Below, in pieces: positions 1 through 9,619 of a stretch of 64,000 nucleotides of DNA (the stretch's first letter is position 1; each line of letters opens with the position of its first letter). A program made the position numbers and the translations under genes. The DNA is from Terriglobia bacterium (lineage in GTDB: Bacteria > Acidobacteriota > Terriglobia > JAJPHL01 > JAPKYU01): the NCBI GenBank assembly GCA_965223005.1, contig CBDCVK010000010.1, positions 1,344,001 to 1,408,000 of the forward strand. The letters run 5' to 3'. The notes under the pieces were generated by a model, which worked only from the letters and a program-made list of their open reading frames with translations, made no database searches and was not told the DNA's origin.

Positions 1-2011
1 GTTGGGTGCGCGCCGCGCGAAGCGCCTCGTGCATCGCCTCCAGTTGTTTCTCCTGCCTCCCCATCTTGGCCGCATAGGCCTGAACCTGCTGCTGCTGCCC
101 CGGCACGTTCCGCAGGTTGTAGATGTTTTGCCGAAGCCGGTTCTGGTCGTTGAACAACTCGTCAATCTCTTTCTTCTGCTCGGCTGCTTCCCGCTTTGCT
201 ACTACCACCTCCTCCTTCAGGGCGAATAGTTGCTTCAGTTGTCTTTGGGCCGCCGGAGAAAGCGCCTTGTTGCGCACGTAGGTGGCCAGTAGCTCTGGCG
301 TCAGGTTGGTGAGAGCGATGCTGCTGGAAATCTCGTGTTCCTCTTGGACCTTAAGTTTGGCCGTTTCGCCCGTTGGCAATTCCAAGCGGAAGCGGTAATG
401 CCGGGCCGTGGTTTCGGCCGGCTTAATTCCCGCGGCGAGTTTCCACTCTTTGCGCACCGGGTGCTCGACGACCAACGTCTTTGGCTTGCTGCCGGTGTTG
501 CGAACCGTGTAGGTCTTCACTGCGATGTTCTTAGCCCGGGTGAAGACCGTGCCGCGCCGCACCTTCACCGAGAACACCTGGTTCTGTCGGGAGTCAAAGA
601 CGGTGCTGACGCGAGTGCCCAGATCGACAGCAAACGAAACCGGGCGGCTGTCGCCGGTCTTCAGGGTCTGGATCAGGGCCTCGCCGGCGTACTGGTTCCC
701 TTCGATGACGGTGATCGCGCCGCCGTCCAGCGTTTTGCCGCTGGTGTTGCGCAGCAGCACAGCATCGTACGGGTGTTCGCCAGACCCGCCCGGCGTGTAG
801 AGCAGAACGCGTTCCACGTTCACCGCTGCTTGCAGAAACGGAATCATCGCCGACTGGTTGCGGGGAATATCTACGGGGTGTTCCATCCGGTACTCGAATA
901 ACTCGCCCAATTCGCGGCCGGCGGCGGCCACCGAGATCGAGCGGGCGAAGTCAACCATCCCGCGGTTCGTCCGGTATCTACCCCCCACCCCAGCGGCCGG
1001 GGCCGCTTTGTCTTCCGCCACCAGTGCCTGGCGGCTCACTTCCGCGGAGAGAGATTTCATTGCACTCTTGGCCCGCAACTCCCTTTCGTTGCCCATCAGC
1101 GCGCCCTCGTGCCGCACAGGCCCGGCGGCCGTCTCGACAGACAGGGGCACATTCGGGCGCCGCACGTAATGCGCCTGGTAAAGGTTTTGCGTGAAAGAGA
1201 TCGGCAGGCCGGAGACCAGCGCCAGGCTGACACCTTTCCAGTCCTCCGACGTGGTGTTGTCCACAATGGCCCAACCCTGCAACAGCGCCTCCTTGGGCTT
1301 TCGCGGATCAAGCACCAGGCGGTAGCTGGTCTTCCAGACCGGGGCTTCGACCACGTAGCCAAGGGCCAGCTTCTTGGCCCGGCCGGGGCGGATGCGCAGC
1401 TGACGCGTATCGCGGCGTTGGGAGGAACGGACCAGTTGCAGGTAGGTTTCCAGTTCGCGCTGCAAACTTGGGTCTTCCAGGCGCAGTCCGGACGCTTCCA
1501 GCAGTGAGACGTTACGCAGTTCACCGCTGTCGAGCAGCAGCGCGATCAGCTCGGTGTCGCCCTGCTTCAGACGGGTCGCCCGGGCCCCTAAGATGCTGCC
1601 CCGCAAGTCCCCGCCCGCGGCCAGCCTCACGTGCAACCGCGCCCCCTTAAACTGGTCCAGCAACTGCCCGATGGTGGCTTGCTTGGGCACCCGGAAGGCA
1701 AACTGCTCGAGTTGCTTGCTTACAGGATCGCTGGCTTCGTAGGAAACGCCGCGGACTGCGCCGTCTGTCCCCAGCACCGTGAGCGACTTGAGCACGTCAC
1801 TCATTTGCGACGCTTTGAATTGCAACAGCACATCGCCGCGCCCGTCCAGCTTTCCCTCCCGCTCAAAGTAGGCAACCCCATGTTTGTAGAGCACCACGCG
1901 TCGCACCGGCAGCGCTGTTTCGGCCGCCCATAATTTGGTCATGCATAGCGGCGTCACCAACAACCAGAGCAGCGCTACGGCGGCTGCTCCGCGAAATCGC
2001 GTCTTTTTCAT
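1..2011 (-). CDS. DUF4139-type secreted protein (partial, runs off left edge)
   Basis: Not in ORF track (no stop in window). Minus strand reads MKKTRFRGAAAVALLWLLVTPLCMTKLWAAETALPVRRVVLYKHGVAYFEREG: signal peptide plus the VVLYKxGVAYFER N-terminus typical of DUF4139/4140 proteins. GGAGG RBS; alternative in-frame ATG at 2032. Confidence 0.75.
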   Translation of the reverse strand, partial: MKKTRFRGAAAVALLWLLVTPLCMTKLWAAETALPVRRVVLYKHGVAYFEREGKLDGRGDVLLQFKASQMSDVLKSLTVLGTDGAVRGVSYEASDPVSKQLEQFAFRVPKQATIGQLLDQFKGARLHVRLAAGGDLRGSILGARATRLKQGDTELIALLLDSGELRNVSLLEASGLRLEDPSLQRELETYLQLVRSSQRRDTRQLRIRPGRAKKLALGYVVEAPVWKTSYRLVLDPRKPKEALLQGWAIVDNTTSEDWKGVSLALVSGLPISFTQNLYQAHYVRRPNVPLSVETAAGPVRHEGALMGNERELRAKSAMKSLSAEVSRQALVAEDKAAPAAGVGGRYRTNRGMVDFARSISVAAAGRELGELFEYRMEHPVDIPRNQSAMIPFLQAAVNVERVLLYTPGGSGEHPYDAVLLRNTSGKTLDGGAITVIEGNQYAGEALIQTLKTGDSRPVSFAVDLGTRVSTVFDSRQNQVFSVKVRRGTVFTRAKNIAVKTYTVRNTGSKPKTLVVEHPVRKEWKLAAGIKPAETTARHYRFRLELPTGETAKLKVQEEHEISSSIALTNLTPELLATYVRNKALSPAAQRQLKQLFALKEEVVVAKREAAEQKKEIDELFNDQNRLRQNIYNLRNVPGQQQQVQAYAAKMGRQEKQLEAMHEALRAARTQ

Positions 2012-2138
2012 AACGACCCTCCGCTGGTTCATAACGACCCTCCCTTGGCCTCCATTGGCCTCCGCTGGATCTGTTCCTCATGCTGGGAACGCAGAACGGT
2101 CTGCCTTCTTGCAGCCTTTCTATATAATCCCAGAGAAC

Positions 2139-3356
2139 GTGAAGGTTCTGTTGACAAATACCGGGCCCTGGGGCACGGGCAGCGCGATGGTGGCCGAAGC
2201 AGTGCTGCGGGAGCTGCGGCACCGTGGCCATCGGGCTGTGCTGTTCTTTCCGGACGCCCAATTCCAGACCGGGGACAAAAACCGCTACTACTTAAAGCCT
2301 GATCTGTACCGTGTGTGGCGCTTCCCCGTGGAGGCCGACGGGAAAGTACTGCCGACCTTCCCGCTGATGATCACCGACCCAAACCCGCGCAACTTCCCCG
2401 GAGCCTCGACGTTCCGCGACCTGTCCGAAGAGCTGCTGGCCTTCTATTTCCGGCAGGCGCGCCGGGAGCTGGAGCAGGTCATCGACTGGTTGCGGCCGGA
2501 TATCGTCGAGTGCCAGCACATCTGGACCATGGGCCACCTGCTAGGCGAGATGGGGCTGCCCTACGTGGCGGTGGCCCACCACAGCGACCAGATGGGCTAC
2601 CGCTATGACGCACGCATGCAGCCCTATGCCAACCAGGCCGCCCGCAGCGCGCGCTGGATCTTCACCATCTCGCAGTTCGTGCACCAAGAGGTTCTGGAGC
2701 TCTACCCGGGTGTGGACCCGGAAAAGGTGGTCATTCTAGAGAACGGCTACAACCAGCGCATCTTTCATCCGCAGCAGGTCAGCCGGGCAACGGTACTGCT
2801 GAAACTTGGCGTTGCGGACACGCCTGGGCTTCCCGTCATCAGCTTTTCGGGCAAGATTTCCCGCACCAAGGGAGTGGATATCCTGCTGCGGGCCAACCGG
2901 CTGGTGCAGCAGGAACGGAAAGCCTTGCTGTTAATCCTGGGTACCGGGCGCCTGGAAGATGAATTCAGCGTCGAGGAACGGGCTCAGTTCCATTTGGAGA
3001 ATGTGCACGTGGTCGGCCACCACCCGCAGCCGGTGCTGGCCAAGCTCCACAACCTGGCGACTGTCAGCGTGATTCCCTCGCGAACGGAAGGCTTCGGGAT
3101 TGCGGCGCTGGAGGCGATGGGCTGCGGAGCGCCCATGGTGGCGACGCGCTCCGGCGGCCCCGAGAGTTTCGTGGTGGGCGAGACTGTGCCGGTAGACGAC
3201 GTGGAAGCGCTGGCGGGGGCCCTGCTTAAGGTGCTCGATTTGCAGCCGCGGGCTGCGCAGGAGCTGCGGCACGCCGCTTTCCAGAAGGCCGTCCGCTATT
3301 CCTGGAACCGAATCGTTACGCGGCGGCTGCGCTACTTTCGAGAGGCCCTGAAGTAG
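2139..3356 (+). CDS. Glycosyltransferase family 4 (GT-B)
   Basis: GKISRTKG and EGFGIAALEAMGCG motifs; start moved to GTG 2139 downstream of a TATAAT box because the longer ORF overlaps the divergent gene. Confidence 0.88.
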   Translation: MKVLLTNTGPWGTGSAMVAEAVLRELRHRGHRAVLFFPDAQFQTGDKNRYYLKPDLYRVWRFPVEADGKVLPTFPLMITDPNPRNFPGASTFRDLSEELLAFYFRQARRELEQVIDWLRPDIVECQHIWTMGHLLGEMGLPYVAVAHHSDQMGYRYDARMQPYANQAARSARWIFTISQFVHQEVLELYPGVDPEKVVILENGYNQRIFHPQQVSRATVLLKLGVADTPGLPVISFSGKISRTKGVDILLRANRLVQQERKALLLILGTGRLEDEFSVEERAQFHLENVHVVGHHPQPVLAKLHNLATVSVIPSRTEGFGIAALEAMGCGAPMVATRSGGPESFVVGETVPVDDVEALAGALLKVLDLQPRAAQELRHAAFQKAVRYSWNRIVTRRLRYFREALK

Positions 3357-3364
3357 GACACTGT

Positions 3365-3880
3365 TTACCCGAAGAGGGAGTACAGGATTGAGTTAATAAC
3401 AACATATGGGACGAAGCCAATCAGGCAAACTCCAATGGCGCGGCCGGTGCTGGTGTAGTCCAAGGCCTGGCGCACCGCAATCACCATGGCGACCAACATC
3501 CAAATGCCTGTAACCAGAAAGACGAGTCCCCCCACCACCGGCACGACTCCCAGGATGCGCAGGATTCCGGGCGACGACGCGAACCCGATGGTGCGCAAGA
3601 GCTGGCCCCAGTCGGCGTGCGTCTGAGGCATAGGAAGAATCCGCGTGCCAATAAAGTATGTGAGCCCTGCCCAGATGAACCAGCCCAGGAGGGCGCTGAT
3701 GGTGAAGGCCAGCAGCCCGGGTGCCCCTGCCCGGCCGATCATGCCGATGCCCGCCGCCAAGCTGGAAAGAACCACTACGCCCATAGCCTGTCCGAAGGCG
3801 GTGGTGTCAGCCTCAACTTCCTCGTAGATCCGAACATCCAGCCTGGCCGCGCCAATCACTCGTTCTGCAAAGGACGCCAT
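3365..3880 (-). CDS. YIP1-family membrane protein
   Basis: MASFAERVIGAARLDVRIYEEVEAD, several TM segments, AVRQALDY..TGRA; AAAGGAG RBS before ATG 3880. Confidence 0.75.
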   Translation of the reverse strand: MASFAERVIGAARLDVRIYEEVEADTTAFGQAMGVVVLSSLAAGIGMIGRAGAPGLLAFTISALLGWFIWAGLTYFIGTRILPMPQTHADWGQLLRTIGFASSPGILRILGVVPVVGGLVFLVTGIWMLVAMVIAVRQALDYTSTGRAIGVCLIGFVPYVVINSILYSLFG

Positions 3881-4018
3881 TGCTGTCGTCTCCTTTCTAC
3901 GGATGATCCAGTTTCCTGTCTTGGGCGGGGATTGTACCAGTTTTGTTTCCCAAACGATGTCAGCAGTTTCGTTCTCCGCCGTTTTCGTGTACATTGCAGC
4001 AAATTCGGCCAGCTTCCC

Positions 4019-6016
4019 ATGCGCCTGGCAATTGATACCGGGGGTACCTTCACCGATTGCATCTACCTGGAAGGTCGTGAGCTGCGCGTTCTCAAGGTGT
4101 TCTCGACGCCGCAAGACCACGCCCAAGCCATTCTGGGAGCGATCGAGCAACTGACCGCCCCCGATGAGCCGGCCGATGTCGCGCACGGCACGACCGTCGG
4201 CACCAACACGCTGCTGGAGCGCAAGGGAGCGCGGGTGGCCTTCCTGACCACTGCCGGGTTCGAGGACACGCTAGGCATCGGCCGGCAGGCGCGGCCGCGG
4301 CTTTACGACCTGTTCGCTTCTCCTCCGCCGCCACTGGCGCCGCCCGATTTGCGGTTTGGGATCGCCGAGCGGACCGCACCCGACGGCACGCCGCTCATGC
4401 GTCTCACCCGGCGGGAGCTGGCGCGGCTGCGCCATGCGGTGGCCTCCGCCAGGCCGGAAGCAATCGCCATTTCCCTGCTGTTTTGCTTTGCCAACCCGGC
4501 CCACGAGCGCGCGGTGGCTGAGGCGCTGAAGCCGTTAGGTGTGCCGCTTTCGGTTTCCCACCAGGTACTGCCAGAGTTTCGCGAATACGAGCGCGCTTCC
4601 ACCGTGGTGGTCAACGCCTACCTGGCTCCGCGCGTGGCCGGCTACCTGGGCGGGCTGGAGCGCCGGGTGAAGGCGCGGCCCGCAGGGGGCTCGGTGCGCA
4701 TCATGCAGTCCGGCGGGGGTATCACTCGCGCGGCGGTCGCGGCGCGCGAGCCCGTGCGCACCGTGCTCTCGGGGCCGGTGGGCGGAGTGGTGGGTGCGCA
4801 GACGGTGGCGCGCCGCTGCGGAATCACTCGCCTTATCAGCTTTGACATGGGCGGCACCTCGACCGACGTGGCCTTGGTGGAGGGGGCGCCGCACATCACC
4901 ACCGAGTCGGCCGTCGCCGGGGTGCCCATCGCTGTGCCGATGCTGGACATTCACAGCGTGGGCGCCGGGGGTGGCTCGCTGGCCCGAGTGGATGCCGGCG
5001 GCGCGCTGCGCGTGGGGCCGGAGTCGGCCGGGGCCGACCCCGGCCCCATCTGCTACGGACGGGGCGAGTTGCCCACGGTCACCGACGCCAACCTGCTGCT
5101 AGGACGCCTGGATTCGGAACTGTTCCTGGGAGGTGACGTACGGCTGGACCAGGATCGCACCCGGCGCTTCTTTGAACATTTTGTGCGCCGCCACTCTCGC
5201 CACCTGCGCAGCGTGCCAGAACTGGCGGCCGGCATTGTCCGCGTGGCCAATGCTTCGATGGAGAAGGCCATTCGGGTCATCTCCGTCGAACGCGGTCATG
5301 ATCCCCGCGACTTCACTCTGGTCGCGTTCGGCGGCGCGGGCGGCCTGCATGCCTGCGCGCTGGCCGCTGCTCTGCGCATTCCCCGGGTGCTGGTGCCCCA
5401 GAACCCCGGCGCACTCTCGGCGCTGGGCATCCTGTTCTCCGACACAATCAAGGACTACTCACGCACAGTGATGCTGTCGCCTGACAAGACGGCGCCCCTG
5501 GCCAGGCACTTCGCCGATCTGGAGCGGCAAGGCCGGGCCGACATGCGGCATGAAGGCGCCGGGTCGCGATCCTTGCGGGTGTCACGGTCGGCCGACCTGC
5601 GATACGTCGGCCAGGGCTATGAGCTGAACGTGCCTTGGCGACGCGGCTCCCAGCCGACGGAAGCCTTCCACCGCGCGCACCAGGCCCGCTATGGATATGC
5701 TGACGGGGAGCGCCCGGCCGAGGTGGTGAACGTCCGTGTGCGACTGACCCTGCCGGGTCCGCCATTGCCGATGCGATCCACTCGCCTGCGCGCTGGGGAC
5801 GGGAGGCGGGCCCGCGTCGGGCGGCCGGCGGCCCGCTTCCCGGTCTATCGGCGGGACCGCCTGCGTCCCGGCGACCGAGTGAAAGGGCCGGCGGTCGTCG
5901 CCGAGTACAGTGCCACCACTTTCCTGCCCGAGAGGTTCACAGCGCGCGTGGACGCCTGGGGCAACCTGTTGATTCAGACTTGGACGGGCCGCGATACCGC
6001 GGGGTCAGAAAAATGA
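4019..6016 (+). CDS. Hydantoinase/oxoprolinase subunit A
   Basis: IDTGGTFTD, HGTTVGTN, DMGGTSTDV, GAGGGS, GPESAGADPGP motifs. Confidence 0.93.
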   Translation: MRLAIDTGGTFTDCIYLEGRELRVLKVFSTPQDHAQAILGAIEQLTAPDEPADVAHGTTVGTNTLLERKGARVAFLTTAGFEDTLGIGRQARPRLYDLFASPPPPLAPPDLRFGIAERTAPDGTPLMRLTRRELARLRHAVASARPEAIAISLLFCFANPAHERAVAEALKPLGVPLSVSHQVLPEFREYERASTVVVNAYLAPRVAGYLGGLERRVKARPAGGSVRIMQSGGGITRAAVAAREPVRTVLSGPVGGVVGAQTVARRCGITRLISFDMGGTSTDVALVEGAPHITTESAVAGVPIAVPMLDIHSVGAGGGSLARVDAGGALRVGPESAGADPGPICYGRGELPTVTDANLLLGRLDSELFLGGDVRLDQDRTRRFFEHFVRRHSRHLRSVPELAAGIVRVANASMEKAIRVISVERGHDPRDFTLVAFGGAGGLHACALAAALRIPRVLVPQNPGALSALGILFSDTIKDYSRTVMLSPDKTAPLARHFADLERQGRADMRHEGAGSRSLRVSRSADLRYVGQGYELNVPWRRGSQPTEAFHRAHQARYGYADGERPAEVVNVRVRLTLPGPPLPMRSTRLRAGDGRRARVGRPAARFPVYRRDRLRPGDRVKGPAVVAEYSATTFLPERFTARVDAWGNLLIQTWTGRDTAGSEK

Positions 6017-7677
6017 AGCGGAGATCTAATCCGCAGATTACGCAGAATCACACAGATCTTGGGCTTCGCGGAACAACTTTTCCTTCAGGGTCTGCAAAAT
6101 CCGCGGAATCTGCAGATCCAGTATTGCTCGAAATTTACAAAAGCGCTTTTCACTCGATCGCCGAAGAGATGGGAGCAGCTTTGCGGCGCACTGCCTTCTC
6201 GCCCAACATCAAGGAGCGGCGCGATTATTCCTGCGCGGTGTTCGACGGAGCCGGGCGGGTGATCGCCATGGGCGATCACATGCCGGTGCACCTGGGCTCT
6301 ATGCCGATGTCGGTGCAGGCGGCGGTCAAGGCGTTGCGGCTGGAGCCAGGTGACATTGCGCTGCTGAACGACCCGTTCGCCGGCGGGACCCACCTGCCCG
6401 ACCTGACCCTGGTCATGCCGGTCTACGCCCGCGGCCCACGTCCCACCTTCTACATCTCCAGCCGCGCTCATCATGCCGACGTCGGTGGTGCCTACCCCGG
6501 CTCCATGGGGCTGTGCCGCGAAATCTACCAGGAGGGCCTGCGTATTCCCCCTGTCAGGATCGCCCGCGGCGGGCGCATCCAACGCGACGTGCTCCAGCTC
6601 ATCTTGAACAACGTGCGCACGCCCGCTGAGCGGGAAGGCGACCTGACGGCGCAGATCGCCGCCTGCCAGATCGGCTCGCGGCGCCTCCGTGAGCTGGTGG
6701 CCAAGTACGGGGCAGCCGAGGTGTGCGCCTACATGGGACATCTGCTGGCTTATTCGGAGCGCATCATGCGCGCCTTCCTGCGACGGCTGCCGCGAGGCAC
6801 GTTTCACGCCGAGGACTTTCTGGACGACGACGGCATCACCGCAGAGCGGGTGCCGATTCGCGTGACCATCGAAACCGATCCCCGACGGGGCCAGGCGCAG
6901 GTGGATTTTTCCGGCAGCGCGCCGCAGGTAGCCGGCAGCGTCAACGCCGTCTACGCCATCACCTATTCGGCGGTGTTCTACGTGTTTCGCTGTCTGTTGG
7001 CCGAGGAGGTGCCGGCCACCGCGGGCCTGATGGCCCCCATCACGGTGCTGGCCCCGGAGGGCACCGTGGTCAATGCGCGGCCGCCGGCGGCGGTGGCCGG
7101 TGGAAATGTAGAAACCTCGCAGCGCGTGGTGGATGTGCTGTTCCGAGCTCTTGCGCAGGCCGTGCCCGACATGGTTCCGGCCGCCAGTGCCGGCACCATG
7201 AACAATCTGACCATTGGCGGGCTGGATCCGCGCACCGGGCTCCCGTTCGCCTACTATGAGACCATCGCCGGCGGGATGGGTGGGCGGCCCGGCGCCAACG
7301 GGGCGAGCGGCGTCCACACCCACATGACGAATTCACTGAATACCCCGGCCGAAGCGTTGGAGTATACGTACCCGTTTCGGGTGCGGCGCTACGCCTACCG
7401 GGCCAAGTCTGGCGGAGCGGGAAAATACCGCGGTGGGGACGGTTTGGTGCGGGAAATCGAACTGCTCTGCCCTGCCCAGGTTACGATCCTGTCCGAGCGA
7501 CGGCGCATCGCTCCCTACGGCCTGGCCGGAGGCAGGTCTGGGGCGCGCGGTCGCAACTCATGGCTGCGCGCCGATGGACAGGTCCAAGAGTTGCCAGGCA
7601 AGTGCAATTTCCTGGCTCAGCCGGGCGACGTGGTCCGCATCGAAACCCCCGGCGGCGGCGCATGGGGAAAGCCTTAA
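6013..7677 (+). CDS. Hydantoinase B/oxoprolinase subunit
   Basis: AFSPNIKERRDYSCA, HLGSM, NDPFAGGTHLPD, HHADVGG, ETPGGG motifs; ATG overlaps the subunit A stop (ATGA). Confidence 0.93.
   Translation: MKRRSNPQITQNHTDLGLRGTTFPSGSAKSAESADPVLLEIYKSAFHSIAEEMGAALRRTAFSPNIKERRDYSCAVFDGAGRVIAMGDHMPVHLGSMPMSVQAAVKALRLEPGDIALLNDPFAGGTHLPDLTLVMPVYARGPRPTFYISSRAHHADVGGAYPGSMGLCREIYQEGLRIPPVRIARGGRIQRDVLQLILNNVRTPAEREGDLTAQIAACQIGSRRLRELVAKYGAAEVCAYMGHLLAYSERIMRAFLRRLPRGTFHAEDFLDDDGITAERVPIRVTIETDPRRGQAQVDFSGSAPQVAGSVNAVYAITYSAVFYVFRCLLAEEVPATAGLMAPITVLAPEGTVVNARPPAAVAGGNVETSQRVVDVLFRALAQAVPDMVPAASAGTMNNLTIGGLDPRTGLPFAYYETIAGGMGGRPGANGASGVHTHMTNSLNTPAEALEYTYPFRVRRYAYRAKSGGAGKYRGGDGLVREIELLCPAQVTILSERRRIAPYGLAGGRSGARGRNSWLRADGQVQELPGKCNFLAQPGDVVRIETPGGGAWGKP
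6031..6117. repeat. Imperfect inverted arrays of 9-mers (CGCAGATT-like / AATCTGCG-like) inside the 5' end of the hydantoinase B gene
   Basis: ccgcagatt-acgcagaat-cacacagat (6031-6057) and tctgcaaaa-tccgcggaa-tctgcagat (6091-6117). Confidence 0.6.
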
Positions 7678-7767
7678 CCTCAGGCGGATTGACACCAAAT
7701 CGGAGTCATTCCGCCGGACCGGTGCCACACTAGGTGTACGATTCCCTAAAGAGGGAGACGAGAGCCA

Positions 7768-8757
7768 ATGAGCTGGCTCATCATCGCCACCGGTTTTCTG
7801 GCTAGTGTAGTGCTGTCGGTCCTAGTCATCCACCCGGGGGCGTCGCTTGCCGTGGCGCTGCTTGGGGAGGAGAAGTGTCTGGACACCGCGTCGGTCAACG
7901 GCTGCAACTGGTGGCCGATGTCCGTGCTGGTGTCCACCGCGCTTGTCCTGCTGGCGGCCGGACGGCTGGGGTGGAGCAGCCTCTACCTTGTACCGGTGGG
8001 CCCCCTGTTAACCGTGATGGTGCTGTCGCTGACGCTGCGCTTCGGCAGGGAGGGTGCCCGCCAAAAGGAGTTCGACATCCGCGCCGGGAAGCTCGTCGAC
8101 CTGAGAACAGGTGCGGCGTTGCAACCAACTTACGTGGAGTCCAACACCGCCTACTGCGCGACCGGCCCGGCTTCCGGTTACTCCCTCTACACACTGGTCG
8201 TGCACGATGGCCAAGGTGGACGGTGGAGCAACGGCTACGTCTCCAAGAACGAGAACGAACGCATGCTCGCTACCCTGACCCGCCAGTTCGCTTGTTTGGC
8301 TTTGAGCCTGGGGGTCGAATGCCGCGAGAGTCCCACCAAGTTCCAGTGGGTGGTTTTTGGCGCCGAATGGACGCACTTGCTGTGCGGAGACCTGTCCGAG
8401 CTCACTCCGCAGGACCGGGCATGGTGGAGGCAGTGGCTACAGCCCGCTTTCGGCGTGTTGAGAAGCCGGGAGGTGACCAGGGAGGAGGTGGGACGCGCCC
8501 TGGACCGGCTGGAGGCGGCCTACCGAGAGCAGTGTCACTCTGTAGAACGCATTCAGTCAGACATTCAGGCAATCCGCAGCCTGCTTGCAAACACCCAGGA
8601 GCCAATCCGCATGACCACGCAGGAGACACACTCCCGCGCCACCGAGCAAGCCAGGGGCGATGGCTGGGTGGGATGTCAGGTAACGCCAGGGGGAGTGTTG
8701 GTAGAGACGATCGAACACCGCGCCCATCATGCCGATGTCGGTGGCGCCTACCCCTGA
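7768..8757 (+). CDS. Hypothetical membrane protein (orphan)
   Basis: 329 aa, GAGGGAG RBS, 2-3 N-terminal TM segments, no family recognised; the last 12 residues copy a hydantoinase B motif. Confidence 0.6.
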   Translation: MSWLIIATGFLASVVLSVLVIHPGASLAVALLGEEKCLDTASVNGCNWWPMSVLVSTALVLLAAGRLGWSSLYLVPVGPLLTVMVLSLTLRFGREGARQKEFDIRAGKLVDLRTGAALQPTYVESNTAYCATGPASGYSLYTLVVHDGQGGRWSNGYVSKNENERMLATLTRQFACLALSLGVECRESPTKFQWVVFGAEWTHLLCGDLSELTPQDRAWWRQWLQPAFGVLRSREVTREEVGRALDRLEAAYREQCHSVERIQSDIQAIRSLLANTQEPIRMTTQETHSRATEQARGDGWVGCQVTPGGVLVETIEHRAHHADVGGAYP

Positions 8758-8805
8758 GCCAGAAACAGACGCACCGACCCGGAGAATCCCGGAACACGGG
8801 CCGGA

Positions 8806-9543
8806 TTATTCGCGGTAGGTAAACTGTATCTTGACGCCGGCGATTTCGATCAGGTCGCCTTCCCGCAGATCCTGCGCGCCGGCAAGGGTCTGGCCATTGA
8901 TCTTGGCCCCGCCTTTGCCCGAGGGAGCGATCTGGTAGCTGGTCTCGCGCTTATTGATGACGGCGGCGACATCGGGAGCGAACCACCCCTTTAGCTTCAC
9001 CGAGGCCATCGCCGACTTGCCGATCATCGAAAGCTTGCCGGTGAGGAGGTACTCGGTTCGGTCCGTCTTGCCGGAGAGCACCGTCAGGCAGCCCACCTTC
9101 GCTACACCCGCGGGTGGGACACCTCCGCCTGTGACGGTGCCTGCTTGCTGTATCATTTCGCGCTGTTTCCTGGTGTCCAGCACCACCGTTTGTTCCAGTT
9201 TGGCTACTGAGTCATCGCTTTCTTCACCCGCTTCCAGTTGCTCGGGCCGAGCCCCACCCTCATCCTGGAACAGCAAGGTGTGCTTTCCGATCACAACCTG
9301 GTCGCCATCCTTGAGGGGTATTTTGCGAGTCCGCTGGTTGTTCACGAAGGTCCCATTGAGGCTGTTCAGGTCTTCCAGGACGAACTGGTCTGCCTGAAAG
9401 AAAATCTTGGCGTGTTGGCCGCTGACGGCCAGGTTGTCAATTACCAGGTCATTGCCGGGAACCCGGCCGATGGTGAACGAAGCCTGGGTGAGTGGGATCT
9501 CCTTCAGGATCGCCGCCTCGTACTTCAGGATCAGTTTTGCCAT
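8806..9543 (-). CDS. Tandem FHA domain protein
   Basis: IGR...VSGQHA...DLNSLNGTFVN FHA motif and a second degenerate FHA at the C-terminus; AGGAG RBS before ATG 9543. Confidence 0.9.
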   Translation of the reverse strand: MAKLILKYEAAILKEIPLTQASFTIGRVPGNDLVIDNLAVSGQHAKIFFQADQFVLEDLNSLNGTFVNNQRTRKIPLKDGDQVVIGKHTLLFQDEGGARPEQLEAGEESDDSVAKLEQTVVLDTRKQREMIQQAGTVTGGGVPPAGVAKVGCLTVLSGKTDRTEYLLTGKLSMIGKSAMASVKLKGWFAPDVAAVINKRETSYQIAPSGKGGAKINGQTLAGAQDLREGDLIEIAGVKIQFTYRE

Positions 9544-9619
9544 ATCACTTCTCCTGAGCCGCGCCCGTTGCGCCGCCAAGCTTCGCCGCCGGGCATACAG
9601 GCGACCGCCCCTGCGGCGC

